Shown one piece after another: positions 1 through 14,100 of a stretch of 64,000 bases of DNA. A program made the translations under genes and the position numbers. The notes under the pieces were generated by a model. That model had not been told where the DNA came from, made no database searches, and saw only the letters and a program-made list of their open reading frames with translations. Each line of letters opens with the position of its first letter. Within the stretch, counting starts at the first letter, position 1. Source of the stretch: Balanoglossus misakiensis (lineage: Eukaryota; Animalia; Hemichordata); the NCBI GenBank assembly GCA_040954595.2, contig CM082583.2, positions 12,686,987-12,750,986 on the forward strand, given 5' to 3'.

Positions 1-3000
1 AATTCGCAAAGTCGACAAATCCTCGATTTTTGAACATTTTCCTGAGCTATAACCCATGGTTTTTTCAAAAAATGACCAAATTTTGAAAATTCGCAAAGTC
101 GACAAATCCTCGATTTTTGAACATTTTCCTGAGCTATAACCCATGGTTTTTTCAAAAAAATGACCAAATTTTGAAAATTCGCAAAGTCGACAAATCCTCG
201 ATTTTTGAACATTTTCCTGAGCTATAACCCATGGTTTTTTCAAAAAATGACCAAATTTTGAAAATTCGCAAAGTCGAAAATCCTCGATTTTTGAACATTT
301 TCCTGAGCTATAACCCATGGTTTTTTCAAAAAATGACCAAATTTTGAAAATTCGCAAAGTCGACAAATCCTCTGACATTTTTCTGACTTAACCATGGTTT
401 TTTTCAAAAAATGACCAAATTTTTGAAATCAAAGTCGAAAATCCTCGATTTTTGAACATTTTCCTGAGCTATAACCCATGGTTTTTTCAAAAAATGACCA
501 AATTTTGAAAATTCGCAAAGTCGAAAAATCCTCGATTTTTGAACATTTTCCTGAGCTATAAACCATGGTTTTTTCAAAAAATGACCAAATTTTGAAAATT
601 CGCAAAGTCGAAAAATCCTCGATTTTTGAACATTTTCCTGAGCTATAACCCATGGTTTTTCAAAAAAATGACCAAATTTTGAAAATTCGCAAAGTCGAAA
701 AATCCTCGATTTTTGAACATTTTCCTGAGCTATAACCCATGGTTTTTTCAAAAAATGACCAAATTTTGAAAATTCGCAAAGTCGAAAAATCCTCGATTTT
801 TGAACATTTTCCTGAGCTATAACCCATGGTTTTTTCAAAAAAATGACCAAATTTTGAAAATTCGCAAAGTCGAAAAATCCTCGATTTTTGAACATTTTCC
901 TGAGCTATAACCCATGGTTTTTTCAAAAAATGACCAAATTTTGAAAATTCGCAAAGTCGAAAAATCCTCGATTTTTGAACATTTTCCTGAGCTATAACCC
1001 ATGGTTTTTTCAAAAAATGACCAAATTTTGAAAATTCGCAAAGTCGAAAAATCCTCGATTTTTGAACATTTTCCTGAGCTATAACCCATGGTTTTTTCAA
1101 AAAATGACCAAATTTTGAAAATTCGCAAAGTCGACAAATCCTCGATTTTTGAACATTTTCCTGAGCTATAACCCATGGTTTTTTCAAAAAATGACCAAAT
1201 TTTGAAAATTCGCAAAGTCGAAAAATCCTCGATTTTTGAACATTTTCCTGAGCTATAACCCATGGTTTTTCAAAAAATGACCAAATTTTGAAAATTCGCA
1301 AAGTCGAAAAATCCTCGATTTTTGAACATTTTCCTGAGCTATAACCCATGGTTTTTTCAAAAAATGACCAAATTTTGAAAATTCGCAAAGTCGAAAAATC
1401 CTCGATTTTTGAACATTTTCCTGAGCTATAACCCATGGTTTTTTCAAAAAATGACCAAATTTTGAAAATTCGCAAAGTCGAAAAATCCTCGATTTTTGAA
1501 CATTTTCCTGAGCTATAACCCATGGTTTTTCAAAAAATGACCAAATTTTGAAAATTCGCAAAGTCGAAAATCCTCGATTTTTGAACATTTTCCTGAGCTA
1601 TAACCCATGGTTTTTTCAAAAAATGACCAAATTTTGAAAATTCGCAAAGTCGACAAATCCTCGATTTTTGAACATTTTCCTGAGCTATAACCCATGGTTT
1701 TTTCAAAAAATGACCAAATTTTGAAAATTCGCAAAGTCGACAAAATCCTCGATTTTTGAACATTTTCCTGAGCTATAACCCATGGTTTTTTCAAAAAATG
1801 ACCAAATTTTGAAAATTCGCAAAGTCGACAAATCCTCGATTTTTGAACATTTTCCTGAGCTATAACCCATGGTTTTTTCAAAAAATGACCAAATTTTGAA
1901 AATTCGCAAAGTCGACAAATCCTCGATTTTTGAACATTTTCCTGAGCTATAACCCATGGTTTTTTCAAAAAATGACCAAATTTTGAAAATTCGCAAAGTC
2001 GACAAATCCTCGATTTTTGAACATTTTCCTGAGCTATAACCCATGGTTTTTTCAAAAAATGACCAAATTTTGAAAATTCGCAAAGTCGACAAATCCTCGA
2101 TTTTTGAACATTTTCCTGAGCTATAACCCATGGTTTTTTCAAAAAATGACCAAATTTTGAAAATTCGCAAAGTCGAAAAATCCTCGATTTTTGAACATTT
2201 TCCTGAGCTATAACCCATGGTTTTTTCAAAAAATGACCAAATTTTGAAAATTCGCAAAGTCGAAAATCCTCGATTTTTGAACATTTTCCTGAGCTATAAC
2301 CCATGGTTTTTTCAAAAAATGACCAAATTTTGAAAATTCGCAAAGTCGAAAAATCCTCGATTTTTGAACATTTTCCTGAGCTATAACCCATGGTTTTTTC
2401 AAAAAATGACCAAATTTTGAAAATTCGCAAAGTCGAAAAATCCTCGATTTTTGAACATTTTCCTGAGCTATAACCCATGGTTTTTTCAAAAAATGACCAA
2501 ATTTTGAAAATTCGCAAAGTCGAAAAATCCTCGATTTTTGAACATTTTCCTGAGCTATAACCCATGGTTTTTTCAAAAAATGACCAAATTTTGAAAATTC
2601 GCAAAGTCGAAAAATCCTCGATTTTTGAACATTTTCCTGAGCTATAACCCATGGTTTTTTCAAAAAAATGACCAAATTTTGAAAATTCGCAAAGTCGAAA
2701 AATCCTCGATTTTTGAACATTTTCCTGAGCTATAACCCATGGTTTTTTCAAAAAATGACCAAATTTTGAAAATTCGCAAAGTCGAAAAATCCTCGATTTT
2801 TGAACATTTTCCTGAGCTATAACCCATGGTTTTTTCAAAAAATGACCAAATTTTGAAAAATTCGCAAAGTCGAAAAATCCTCGATTTTTGAACATTTTCC
2901 TGAGCTATAACCCATGGTTTTTTCAAAAAATGACCAAATTTTGAAAATTCGCAAAGTCGAAAAATCCTCGATTTTTGAACATTTTCCTGAGCTATAACCC

Positions 3001-6000
3001 ATGGTTTTTTCAAAAATGACCAAATTTTGAAAATTCGCAAAGTCGAAAAATCCTCGATTTTTGAACATTTTCCTGAGCTATAACCCATGGTTTTTTCAAA
3101 AAATGACCAAATTTTGAAAATTCGCAAAGTCGAAAAATCCTCGATTTTTGAACATTTTCCTGAGCTATAACCCATGGTTTTTTCAAAAAATGACCAAATT
3201 TTGAAAATTCGCAAAGTCGACAAATCCTCGATTTTTGAACATTTTCCTGAGCTATAACCATGGTTTTTTCAAAAAATGACCAAATTTTGAAAATTCGCAA
3301 AGTCGACAAATCCTCGATTTTTGAACATTTTCCTGAGCTATAACCCATGGTTTTTTCAAAAAATGACCAAATTTTGAAAATTCGCAAAGTCGAAAAATCC
3401 TCGATTTTTGAACATTTTCCTGAGCTATAACCCATGGTTTTTTCAAAAAATGACCAAATTTTGAAAATTCGCAAAGTCGACAAATCTCGATTTTTGAACA
3501 TTTTCCTGAGCTATAACCCATGGTTTTTTCAAAAAATGACCAAATTTTGAAAATTCGCAAAGTCGAAAAATCCTCGATTTTTGAACATTTTCCTGAGCTA
3601 TAACCCATGGTTTTTTCAAAAAATGACCAAATTTTGAAAATTCGCAAAGTCGACAAATCCTCGATTTTTGAACATTTTCCTGAGCTATAACCCATGGTTT
3701 TTTCAAAAAATGACCAAATTTTGAAAATTCGCAAAGTCGAAAATCCTCGATTTTTGAACATTTTCCTGAGCTATAACCCATGGTTTTTTCAAAAAATGAC
3801 CAAATTTTGAAAATTCGCAAAGTCGAAAAATCCTCGATTTTTGAACATTTTCCTGAGCTATAACCCATGGTTTTTTCAAAAAATGACCAAATTTTGAAAA
3901 TTCGCAAAGTCGAAAAATCCTCGATTTTTGAACATTTTCCTGAGCTATAACCCATGGTTTTTTCAAAAATGACCAAATTTTGAAAATTCGCAAAGTCGAA
4001 AAATCCTCGATTTTTGAACATTTTCCTGAGCTATAACCCATGGTTTTTTCAAAAAATGACCAAATTTTGAAAATTCGCAAAGTCGAAAAATCCTCGATTT
4101 TTGAACATTTTCCTGAGCTATAACCCATGGTTTTTTCAAAAAATGACCAAATTTTGAAAATTCGCAAAGTCGAAAAATCCTCGATTTTTGAACATTTTCC
4201 TGAGCTATAACCCATGGTTTTTTCAAAAAATGACCAAATTTTGAAAATTCGCAAGTCGAAAAATCCTCGATTTTTGAACATTTTCCTGAGCTATAACCCA
4301 TGGTTTTTTCAAAAAATGACCAAATTTTGAAAAATTCGCAAAGTCGAAAAATCCTCGATTTTTGAACATTTTCCTGAGCTAATAACCCATGGTTTTTTCA
4401 AAAAATGACCAAATTTTGAAAATTCGCAAAGTCGAAAAATCCTCGATTTTGACATTTTCCTGAGCTATAACCCATGGTTTTTTCAAAAAATGACCAAATT
4501 TTGAAAATTCGCAAAGTCGAAAAATCCTCGATTTTTGAACATTTTTCCTGAGCTATAACCCATGGTTTTTTCAAAAAATGACCAAATTTTGAAAATTCGC
4601 AAAGTCGACAAATCCTCGATTTTTGAACATTTTCCTGAGCTATAACCCATGGTTTTTTCAAAAAATGACCAAATTTTGAAAATTCGCAAAGTCGAAAAAT
4701 CCTCGATTTTTGAACATTTTCCTGAGCTATAACCCATGGTTTTTTCAAAAAATGACCAAATTTTGAAAATTCGCAAAGTCGACAAAATCCTCGATTTTTG
4801 AACATTTTCCTGAGCTATAACCCATGGTTTTTTCAAAAAATGACCAAATTTTGAAAATTCGCAAAGTCGAAAAATCCTCGATTTTTGAACATTTTCCTGA
4901 GCTATAACCCATGGTTTTTTCAAAAAATGACCAAATTTTGAAAATTCGCAAAGTCGAAAAATCCTCGATTTTTGAACATTTTCCTGAGCTATAACCCATG
5001 GTTTTTTCAAAAAATGACCAAATTTTGAAAATTCGCAAAGTCGAAAAATCCTCGATTTTTGAACATTTTCCTGAGCTATAACCCATGGTTTTTTCAAAAA
5101 ATGACCAAATTTTGAAAATTCGCAAAGTCGAAAAATCCTCGATTTTTGAACATTTTCCTGAGCTATAACCCATGGTTTTTTCAAAAAATGACCAAATTTT
5201 GAAAATTCGCAAAGTCGAAAAATCCTCGATTTTTGAACATTTTCCTGAGCTATAACCCATGGTTTTTTCAAAAAATGACCAAATTTTGAAAATTCGCAAA
5301 GTCGAAAAATCCTCGATTTTTGAACATTTTCCTGAGCTATAACCCATGGTTTTTTCAAAAAATGACCAAATTTTGAAAATTCGCAAAGTCGAAAAATCCT
5401 CGATTTTTGAACATTTTCCTGAGCTATAACCCATGGTTTTTTCAAAAAATGACCAAATTTTGAAAATTCGCAAAGTCGAAAAATCCTCGATTTTTGAACA
5501 TTTTCCTGAGCTATAACCCATGGTTTTTTCAAAAAAATGACCAAATTTTGAAAATTCGCAAAGTCGAAAAATCCTCGATTTTTGAACATTTTCCTGAGCT
5601 ATAACCCATGGTTTTTTCAAAAAATGACCAAATTTTGAAAATTCGCAAAGTCGAAAAATCCTCGATTTTTGAACATTTTCCTGAGCTATAACCCATGTTT
5701 TTTCAAAAAATGACCAAATTTTGAAAATTCGCAAAGTCGAAAATCCTCGATTTTTGAACATTTTCCTGAGCTATAACCCATGGTTTTTTCAAAAAAATGA
5801 CCAAATTTTGAAAATTCGCAAAGTCGAAAAATCCTCGATTTTTGAACATTTTCCTGAGCTATAACCCATGGTTTTTTCAAAAAATGACCAAATTTTGAAA
5901 ATTCGCAAAGTCGAAAAATCCTCGATTTTTGAACATTTTCCTGAGCTATAACCCATGGTTTTTTCAAAAAATGACCAAATTTTGAAAATTCGCAAAGTCG

Positions 6001-9000
6001 AAAAATCCTCGATTTTTGAACATTTTCCTGAGCTATAACCCATGGTTTTTTCAAAAAATGACCAAATTTTGAAAATTCGCAAAGTCGAAAAATCCTCGAT
6101 TTTTGAACATTTTCCTGAGCTATAACCCATGGTTTTTTCAAAAAATGACCAAATTTTGAAAATTCGCAAAGTCGAAAAATCCTCGATTTTTGAACATTTT
6201 CCTGAGCTATAACCCATGGTTTTTTCAAAAAATGACCAAATTTTGAAAATTCGCAAAGTCGAAAAATCCTCGATTTTTGAACATTTTCCTGAGCTATAAC
6301 CCATGGTTTTTTCAAAAAATGACCAAATTTTGAAAATTCGCAAAGTCGAAAAATCCTCGATTTTTGAACATTTTCCTGAGCTATAACCCATGGTTTTTTC
6401 AAAAAATGACCAAATTTTGAAAATTCGCAAAGTCGAAAAATCCTCGATTTTTGAACATTTTCCTGAGCTATAACCCATGGTTTTTTCAAAAAATGACCAA
6501 ATTTTGAAAATTCGCAAAGTCGAAAAATCCTCGATTTTTGAACATTTTCCTGAGCTATAACCCATGGTTTTTTCAAAAAATGACCAAATTTTGAAAATTC
6601 GCAAAGTCGAAAAATCCTCGATTTTTGAACATTTTCCTGAGCTATAACCCATGGTTTTTTCAAAAAATGACCAAATTTTGAAAATTCGCAAAGTCGAAAA
6701 ATCCTCGATTTTTGAACATTTTCCTGAGCTATAACCCATGGTTTTTTCAAAAAATGACCAAATTTTGAAAATTCGCAAAGTCGAAAAATCCTCGATTTTT
6801 GAACATTTTCCTGAGCTATAACCCATGGTTTTTTCAAAAAATGACCAAATTTTGAAAATTCGCAAAGTCGAAAAATCCTCGATTTTGAACATTTTCCTGA
6901 GCTATAACCCATGGTTTTTTCAAAAAATGACCAAATTTTGAAAATTCGCAAAGTCGAAAAATCCTCGATTTTTGAACATTTTCCTGAGCTATAACCCATG
7001 GTTTTTTCAAAAAATGACCAAATTTTGAAAATTCGCAAAGTCGAAAAATCCTCGATTTTTGAACATTTTCCTGAGCTATAACCCATGGTTTTTTCAAAAA
7101 ATGACCAAATTTTGAAAATTCGCAAAGTCGAAAAAATCCTCGATTTTTGAACATTTTCCTGAGCTATAACCCATGGTTTTTTCAAAAAATGACCAAATTT
7201 TGAAAATTCGCAAAGTCGAAAAATCCTCGATTTTTGAACATTTTCCTGAGCTATAACCCATGGTTTTTTCAAAAAAATGACCAAATTTTGAAAATTCGCA
7301 AAGTCGAAAAATCCTCGATTTTTGAACATTTTCCTGAGCTATAACCCATGGTTTTTTCAAAAAAATGACCAAATTTTGAAAATTCGCAAAGTCGAAAAAT
7401 CCTCGATTTTTGAACATTTTCCTGAGCTATAACCCATGGTTTTTTCAAAAAAATGACCAAATTTTGAAAATTCGCAAAGTCGAAAAATCCTCGATTTTTG
7501 AACATTTTCCTGAGCTATAACCCATGGTTTTTTCAAAAAAATGACCAAATTTTGAAAATTCGCAAAGTCGAAAAATCCTCGATTTTTGAACATTTTTCTG
7601 AGCTATAACCCATGGTTTTTTCAAAAAATGACCAAATTTTGAAAATTCGCAAAGTCGAAAAATCCTCGATTTTTGAACATTTTCCTGAGCTATAACCCAT
7701 GGTTTTTTTCAAAAAATGACCAAATTTTGAAAATTCGCAAAGTCGAAAAATCCTCGATTTTTGAACATTTTCCTGAGCTATAACCCATGGTTTTTTTCAA
7801 AAAATGACCAAATTTTGAAAATTCGCAAAGTCGAAAAATCCTCGATTTTTGAACATTTTCCTGAGCTATAACCCATGGTTTTTTCAAAAAATGACCAAAT
7901 TTTGAAAATTCGCAAAGTCGAAAAATCCTCGATTTTTGAACATTTTCCTGAGCTATAACCCATGGTTTTTTCAAAAAATGACCAAATTTTGAAAATTCGC
8001 AAAGTCGAAAAATCCTCGATTTTTGAACATTTTCCTGAGCTATAACCCATGGTTTTTTCAAAAAATGACCAAATTTTGAAAATTCGCAAAGTCGAAAAAT
8101 CCTCGATTTTTGAACATTTTCCTGAGCTATAACCCATGGTTTTTTCAAAAAATGACCAAATTTTCAAAATTCGCAAAGTCGAAAAATCCTCGATTTTTGA
8201 ACATTTTCCTGAGCTATAACCCATGGTTTTTTTCAAAAAATGACCAAATTTTCAAAATTCGCAAAGTCGAAAAATCCTCGATTTTTGAACATTTTCCTGA
8301 GCTATAACCCATGGTTTTTTCAAAAAAATGACCAAATTTTGAAAATTCGCAAAGTCGAAAATCCTCGATTTTTGAACATTTTCCTGAGCTATAACCCATG
8401 GTTTTTTCAAAAAAATGACCAAATTTTGAAAATTCGCAAAGTCGAAAAATCCTCGATTTTTGAACATTTTCCTGAGCTATAACCCATGGTTTTTTCAAAA
8501 AAATGACCAAATTTTGAAAATTCGCAAAGTCGAAAAATCCTCGATTTTTGAACATTTTCCTGAGCTATAACCCATGGTTTTTTCAAAAAATGACCAAATT
8601 TTGAAAATTCGCAAAGTCGAAAAATCCTCGATTTTTGAACATTTTTCTGAGCTATAACCCATGGTTTTTTCAAAAAAATGACCAAATTTTGAAAATTCGC
8701 AAAGTCGAAAAATCCTCGATTTTTGAACATTTTCCTGAGCTATAACCCATGGTTTTTTTCAAAAAATGACCAAATTTTCAAAATTCGCAAAGTCGAAAAA
8801 TCCTCGATTTTTGAACATTTTCCTGAGCTATAACCCATGGTTTTTTCAAAAAATGACCAAATTTTCAAAATTCGCAAAGTCGAAAAATCCTCGATTTTTG
8901 AACATTTTCTGAGCTATAACCCATGGTTTTTTCAAAAAATGACCAAAATTTTCAAAATTCGCAAAGTCGAAAAATCCTCGATTTTTGAACATTTTCCTGA

Positions 9001-12000
9001 GCTATAACCCATGGTTTTTTCAAAAAATGACCAAATTTTGAAAATTCGCAAAGTCGAAAAATCCTCGATTTTTGAACATTTTCCTGAGCTATAACCCATG
9101 GTTTTTTCAAAAAATGACCAAATTTTGAAAATTCGCAAAGTCGAAAAATCCTCGATTTTTGAACATTTTCCTGAGCTATAACCCATGGTTTTTTCAAAAA
9201 ATGACCAAATTTTGAAAATTCGCAAAGTCGAAAAATCCTCGATTTTTGAACATTTTCCTGAGCTATAACCCATGGTTTTTTCAAAAAATGACCAAATTTT
9301 GAAAATTCGCAAAGTCGAAAAATCCTCGATTTTTGAACATTTTCCTGAGCTATAACCCATGGTTTTTTCAAAAAATGACCAAATTTTGAAAATTCGCAAA
9401 GTCGAAAAATCCTCGATTTTTGAACATTTTCCTGAGCTATAACCCATGGTTTTTTCAAAAAATGACCAAATTTTGAAAATTCGCAAAGTCGAAAAATCCT
9501 CGATTTTTGAACATTTTCCTGAGCTATAACCCATGGTTTTTTCAAAAAATGACCAAATTTTGAAAATTCGCAAAGTCGAAAAATCCTCGATTTTTGAAAC
9601 ATTTTCCTGAGCTATAACCCATGTTTTTTTCAAAAAAATGACCAAATTTTGAAAATTCGCAAAGTCGAAAAATCCTCGATTTTTGAACATTTTCCTGAGC
9701 TATAACCCATGTTTTTTTCAAAAAATGACCAAATTTTGAAAATTCGCAAAGTCGAAAAATCCTCGATTTTTGAACATTTTCCTGAGCTATAACCCATGGT
9801 TTTTTCAAAAAAATGACCAAATTTTGAAAATTCGCAAAGTCGAAAAATCCTCGATTTTTGAACATTTTCCTGAGCTATAACCCATGGTTTTTTCAAAAAA
9901 TGACCAAATTTTGAAAATTCGCAAAGTCGAAAAATCCTCGATTTTTGAACATTTTCCTGAGCTATAACCCATGGTTTTTTCAAAAAATGACCAAATTTTG
10001 AAAATTCGCAAAGTCGAAAAATCCTCGATTTTTGAACATTTTCCTGAGCTATATAACCCATGGTTTTTTTCAAAAAATGACCAAATTTTCAAAATTCGCA
10101 AAGTCGAAAAATCCTCGATTTTTGAACATTTTCCTGAGCTATAACCCATGGTTTTTTCAAAAAATGACCAAATTTTCAAAATTCGCAAAGTCGAAAAATC
10201 CTCGATTTTTGAACATTTTCCTGAGCTATAACCCATGGTTTTTTCAAAAAATGACCAAATTTTCAAAATTCGCAAAGTCGAAAAATCCTCGATTTTTGAA
10301 CATTTTCCTGAGCTATAACCCATGGTTTTTTCAAAAAAATGACCAAATTTTGAAAATTCGCAAAGTCGAAAAATCCTCGATTTTTGAACATTTTCCTGAG
10401 CTATAACCCATGGTTTTTTCAAAAAAATGACCAAATTTTGAAAATTCGCAAAGTCGAAAAATCCTCGATTTTTGAACATTTTCCTGAGCTATAACCCATG
10501 GTTTTTTCAAAAAAATGACCAAATTTTGAAAATTCGCAAAGTCGAAAAATCCTCGATTTTTGAACATTTTTCTGAGCTATAACCCATGGTTTTTTCAAAA
10601 AAATGACCAAATTTTGAAAATTCGCAAAGTCGAAAAATCCTCGATTTTTGAACATTTTTCTGAGCTATAACCCATGGTTTTTTCAAAAAAATGACCAAAT
10701 TTTGAAAATTCGCAAAGTCGAAAAATCCTCGATTTTTGAACATTTTCCTGAGCTATAACCCATGGTTTTTTTCAAAAAATGACCAAATTTTGAAAATTCG
10801 CAAAGTCGAAAAATCCTCGATTTTTGAACATTTTCCTGAGCTATAACCCATGGTTTTTTCAAAAAATGACCAAATTTTGAAAATTCGCAAAGTCGAAAAA
10901 TCCTCGATTTTTGAACATTTTCCTGAGCTATAACCCATGGTTTTTTCAAAAAATGACCAAATTTTGAAAATTCGCAAAGTCGAAAAATCCTCGATTTTTG
11001 AACATTTTCCTGAGCTATAACCCATGGTTTTTTCAAAAAATGACCAAATTTTGAAAATTCGCAAAGTCGAAAAATCCTCGATTTTTGAACATTTTCCTGA
11101 GCTATAACCCATGGTTTTTTCAAAAAATGACCAAATTTTGAAAATTCGCAAAGTCGAAAAATCCTCGATTTTTGAACATTTTCCTGAGCTATAACCCATG
11201 GTTTTTTCAAAAAATGACCAAATTTTGAAAATTCGCAAAGTCGAAAAATCCTCGATTTTTGAACATTTTCCTGAGCTATAACCCATGGTTTTTTCAAAAA
11301 ATGACCAAATTTTGAAAATTCGCAAAGTCGAAAAATCCTCGATTTTTGAACATTTTCCTGAGCTATAACCCATGGTTTTTTCAAAAAATGACCAAATTTT
11401 GAAAATTCGCAAAGTCGAAAAATCCTCGATTTTTGAACATTTTCCTGAGCTATAACCCATGGTTTTTTCAAAAAATGACCAAATTTTGAAAATTCGCAAA
11501 GTCGAAAAATCCTCGATTTTTGAACATTTTCCTGAGCTATAACCCATGGTTTTTTCAAAAAATGACCAAATTTTGAAAATTCGCAAAGTCGAAAATCCTC
11601 GATTTTTGAACATTTTCCTGAGCTATAACCCATGTTTTTTTCAAAAAATGACCAAATTTTGAAAATTCGCAAAGTCGAAAAATCCTCGATTTTTGAACAT
11701 TTTCCTGAGCTATACCCATGGTTTTTTCAAAAAAATGACCAAATTTTGAAAATTCGCAAAGTCGAAAAATCCTCGATTTTTGAACATTTTCCTGAGCTAT
11801 AACCCATGGTTTTTTCAAAAAATGACCAAATTTTGAAAATTCGCAAAGTCGAAAAATCCTCGATTTTTGAACATTTTCCTGAGCTATAACCCATGGTTTT
11901 TTCAAAAAATGACCAAATTTTGAAAATTCGCAAAGTCGAAAAATCCTCGATTTTTGAACATTTTCCTGAGCTATAACCCATGGTTTTTTCAAAAAATGAC

Positions 12001-14003
12001 CAAATTTTGAAAATTCGCAAAGTCGAAAAATCCTCGATTTTTGAACATTTTCCTGAGCTATAACCCATGGTTTTTTCAAAAAATGACCAAATTTTGAAAA
12101 TTCGCAAAGTCGAAAAATCCTCGATTTTTGAACATTTTCCTGAGCTATAACCCATGGTTTTTTCAAAAATGACCAAATTTTGAAAATTCGCAAAGTCGAA
12201 AAATCCTCGATTTTTGAACATTTTCCTGAGCTATAACCCATGGTTTTTTCAAAAAATGACCAAATTTTGAAAATTCGCAAAGTCGAAAAATCCTCGATTT
12301 TTGAACATTTTCCTGAGCTATAACCCATGGTTTTTTCAAAAAATGACCAAATTTTGAAAATTCGCAAAGTCGAAAAATCCTCGATTTTTGAACATTTTCC
12401 TGAGCTATAACCCATGGTTTTTTCAAAAAATGACCAAATTTTGAAAATTCGCAAAGTCGAAAAATCCTCGATTTTTGAACATTTTCCTGAGCTATAACCC
12501 ATGGTTTTTTCAAAAAATGACCAAATTTTGAAAATTCGCAAAGTCGAAAAATCCTCGATTTTTGAACATTTTCCTGAGCTATAACCCATGGTTTTTTCAA
12601 AAAAATGACCAAATTTTGAAAATTCGCAAAGTCGAAAAATCCTCGATTTTTGAACATTTTCCTGAGCTATAACCCATGGTTTTTCAAAAAATGACCAAAT
12701 TTTGAAAATTCGCAAAGTCGAAAAATCCTCGATTTTTGAACATTTTCCTGAGCTATAACCCATGGTTTTTTCAAAAAATGACCAAATTTTGAAAATTCGC
12801 AAAGTCGAAAAATCGTCGATTTTTGAACATTTTCCTGAGCTATAACCCATGGTTTTTTCAAAAAATGACCAAATTTTGAAAATTCGCAAAGTCGAAAAAT
12901 CCTCGATTTTTGAACATTTTCCTGAGCTATAACCCATGGTTTTTTTCAAAAAATGACCAAATTTTGAAAATTCGCAAAGTCGAAAAATCCTCGATTTTTG
13001 AACATTTTCCTGAGCTATAACCCATGGTTTTTTCAAAAAATGACCAAATTTTGAAAATTCGCAAAGTCGAAAAATCCTCGATTTTTGAACATTTTCCTGA
13101 GCTATAACCCATGGTTTTTTCAAAAAATGACCAAATTTTGAAAATTCGCAAAGTCGAAAAATCCTCGATTTTTGAACATTTTCCTGAGCTATAACCCATG
13201 GTTTTTTCAAAAAATGACCAAATTTTGAAAATTCGCAAAGTCGAAAAATCCTCGATTTTTGAACATTTTCCTGAGCTATAACCCATGGTTTTTTCAAAAA
13301 ATGACCAAATTTTGAAAATTCGCAAAGTCGAAAAATCCTCGATTTTTGAACATTTTCCTGAGCTATAACCCATGGTTTTTTCAAAAAATGACCAAATTTT
13401 GAAAATTCGCAAAGTCGAAAAATCCTCGATTTTTGAACATTTTCCTGAGCTATAACCCATGGTTTTTTCAAAAAAATGACCAAATTTTGAAAATTCGCAA
13501 AGTCGAAAAATCCTCGATTTTTGAACATTTTCCTGAGCTATAACCCATGGTTTTTTCAAAAAATGACCAAATTTTGAAAATTCGCAAAGTCGAAAAATCC
13601 TCGATTTTTGAACATTTTCCTGAGCTATAACCCATGGTTTTTTCAAAAAATGACCAAATTTTGAAAATTCGCAAAGTCGAAAAATCGTCGATTTTTGAAC
13701 ATTTTCCTGAGCTATAACCCATGGTTTTTTCAAAAAATGACCAAATTTTGAAAATTCGCAAAGTCGAAAAATCCTCGATTTTTGAACATTTTCCTGAGCT
13801 ATAACCCATGTTTTTTTCAAAAAATGACCAAATTTTGAAAATTCGCAAAGTCGAAAAATCGTCGATTTTTGAACATTTTCCTGAGCTATAACCCATGGTT
13901 TTTTTCAAAAAATGACCAAATTTTGAAAATTCGCAAAGTCGAAAAATTGTCGATTTTTGAAGATTTTCATGAGCTGTAACCCATGAAAAATGTCGAAAAA
14001 TGA
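1..14003. repeat. Tandem satellite array, 87-bp monomer, about 160 copies, open at the left window edge
   Basis: Monomer AATTCGCAAAGTCGAAAAATCCTCGATTTTTGAACATTTTCCTGAGCTATAACCCATGGTTTTTTCAAAAAATGACCAAATTTTGAA starts at 1 and again at 88, and repeats continuously. Differences are mostly homopolymer-length indels. The last monomer (13945-14003) is degenerate. Confidence 0.99.
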
Positions 14004-14094
14004 CATAATCACCATAAGGACCAAGTTTTGGCAATGTTTCTTAGGTTGGATAAAACGATACGGACATGAGTTAAGACTTTAGTTTCATTCTATT

Positions 14095-14100
14095 TTTATT
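14095..14100 (-). terminator. Candidate distal polyadenylation signal (AATAAA) of GNB5
   Basis: TTTATT on plus at 14095-14100, after about 1.55 kb of U-rich UTR-like sequence. A proximal candidate also exists at 15577-15582. Confidence 0.45.

Noticed and set aside
361-440. Strongly aberrant satellite monomer as a biological variant
   Set aside because: A cluster of small indels in one monomer looks like low-quality long-read consensus.
1-14003. CRISPR array
   Set aside because: The monomers are contiguous with no unique spacers, there are no cas genes, and the context is eukaryotic.
404-14034. Dozens of long repetitive ORFs (up to 657 aa) as real proteins
   Set aside because: They result from an 87-bp (29-codon) monomer lacking stops. 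Frames switch at homopolymer indels and there is no sign of codon-level selection.
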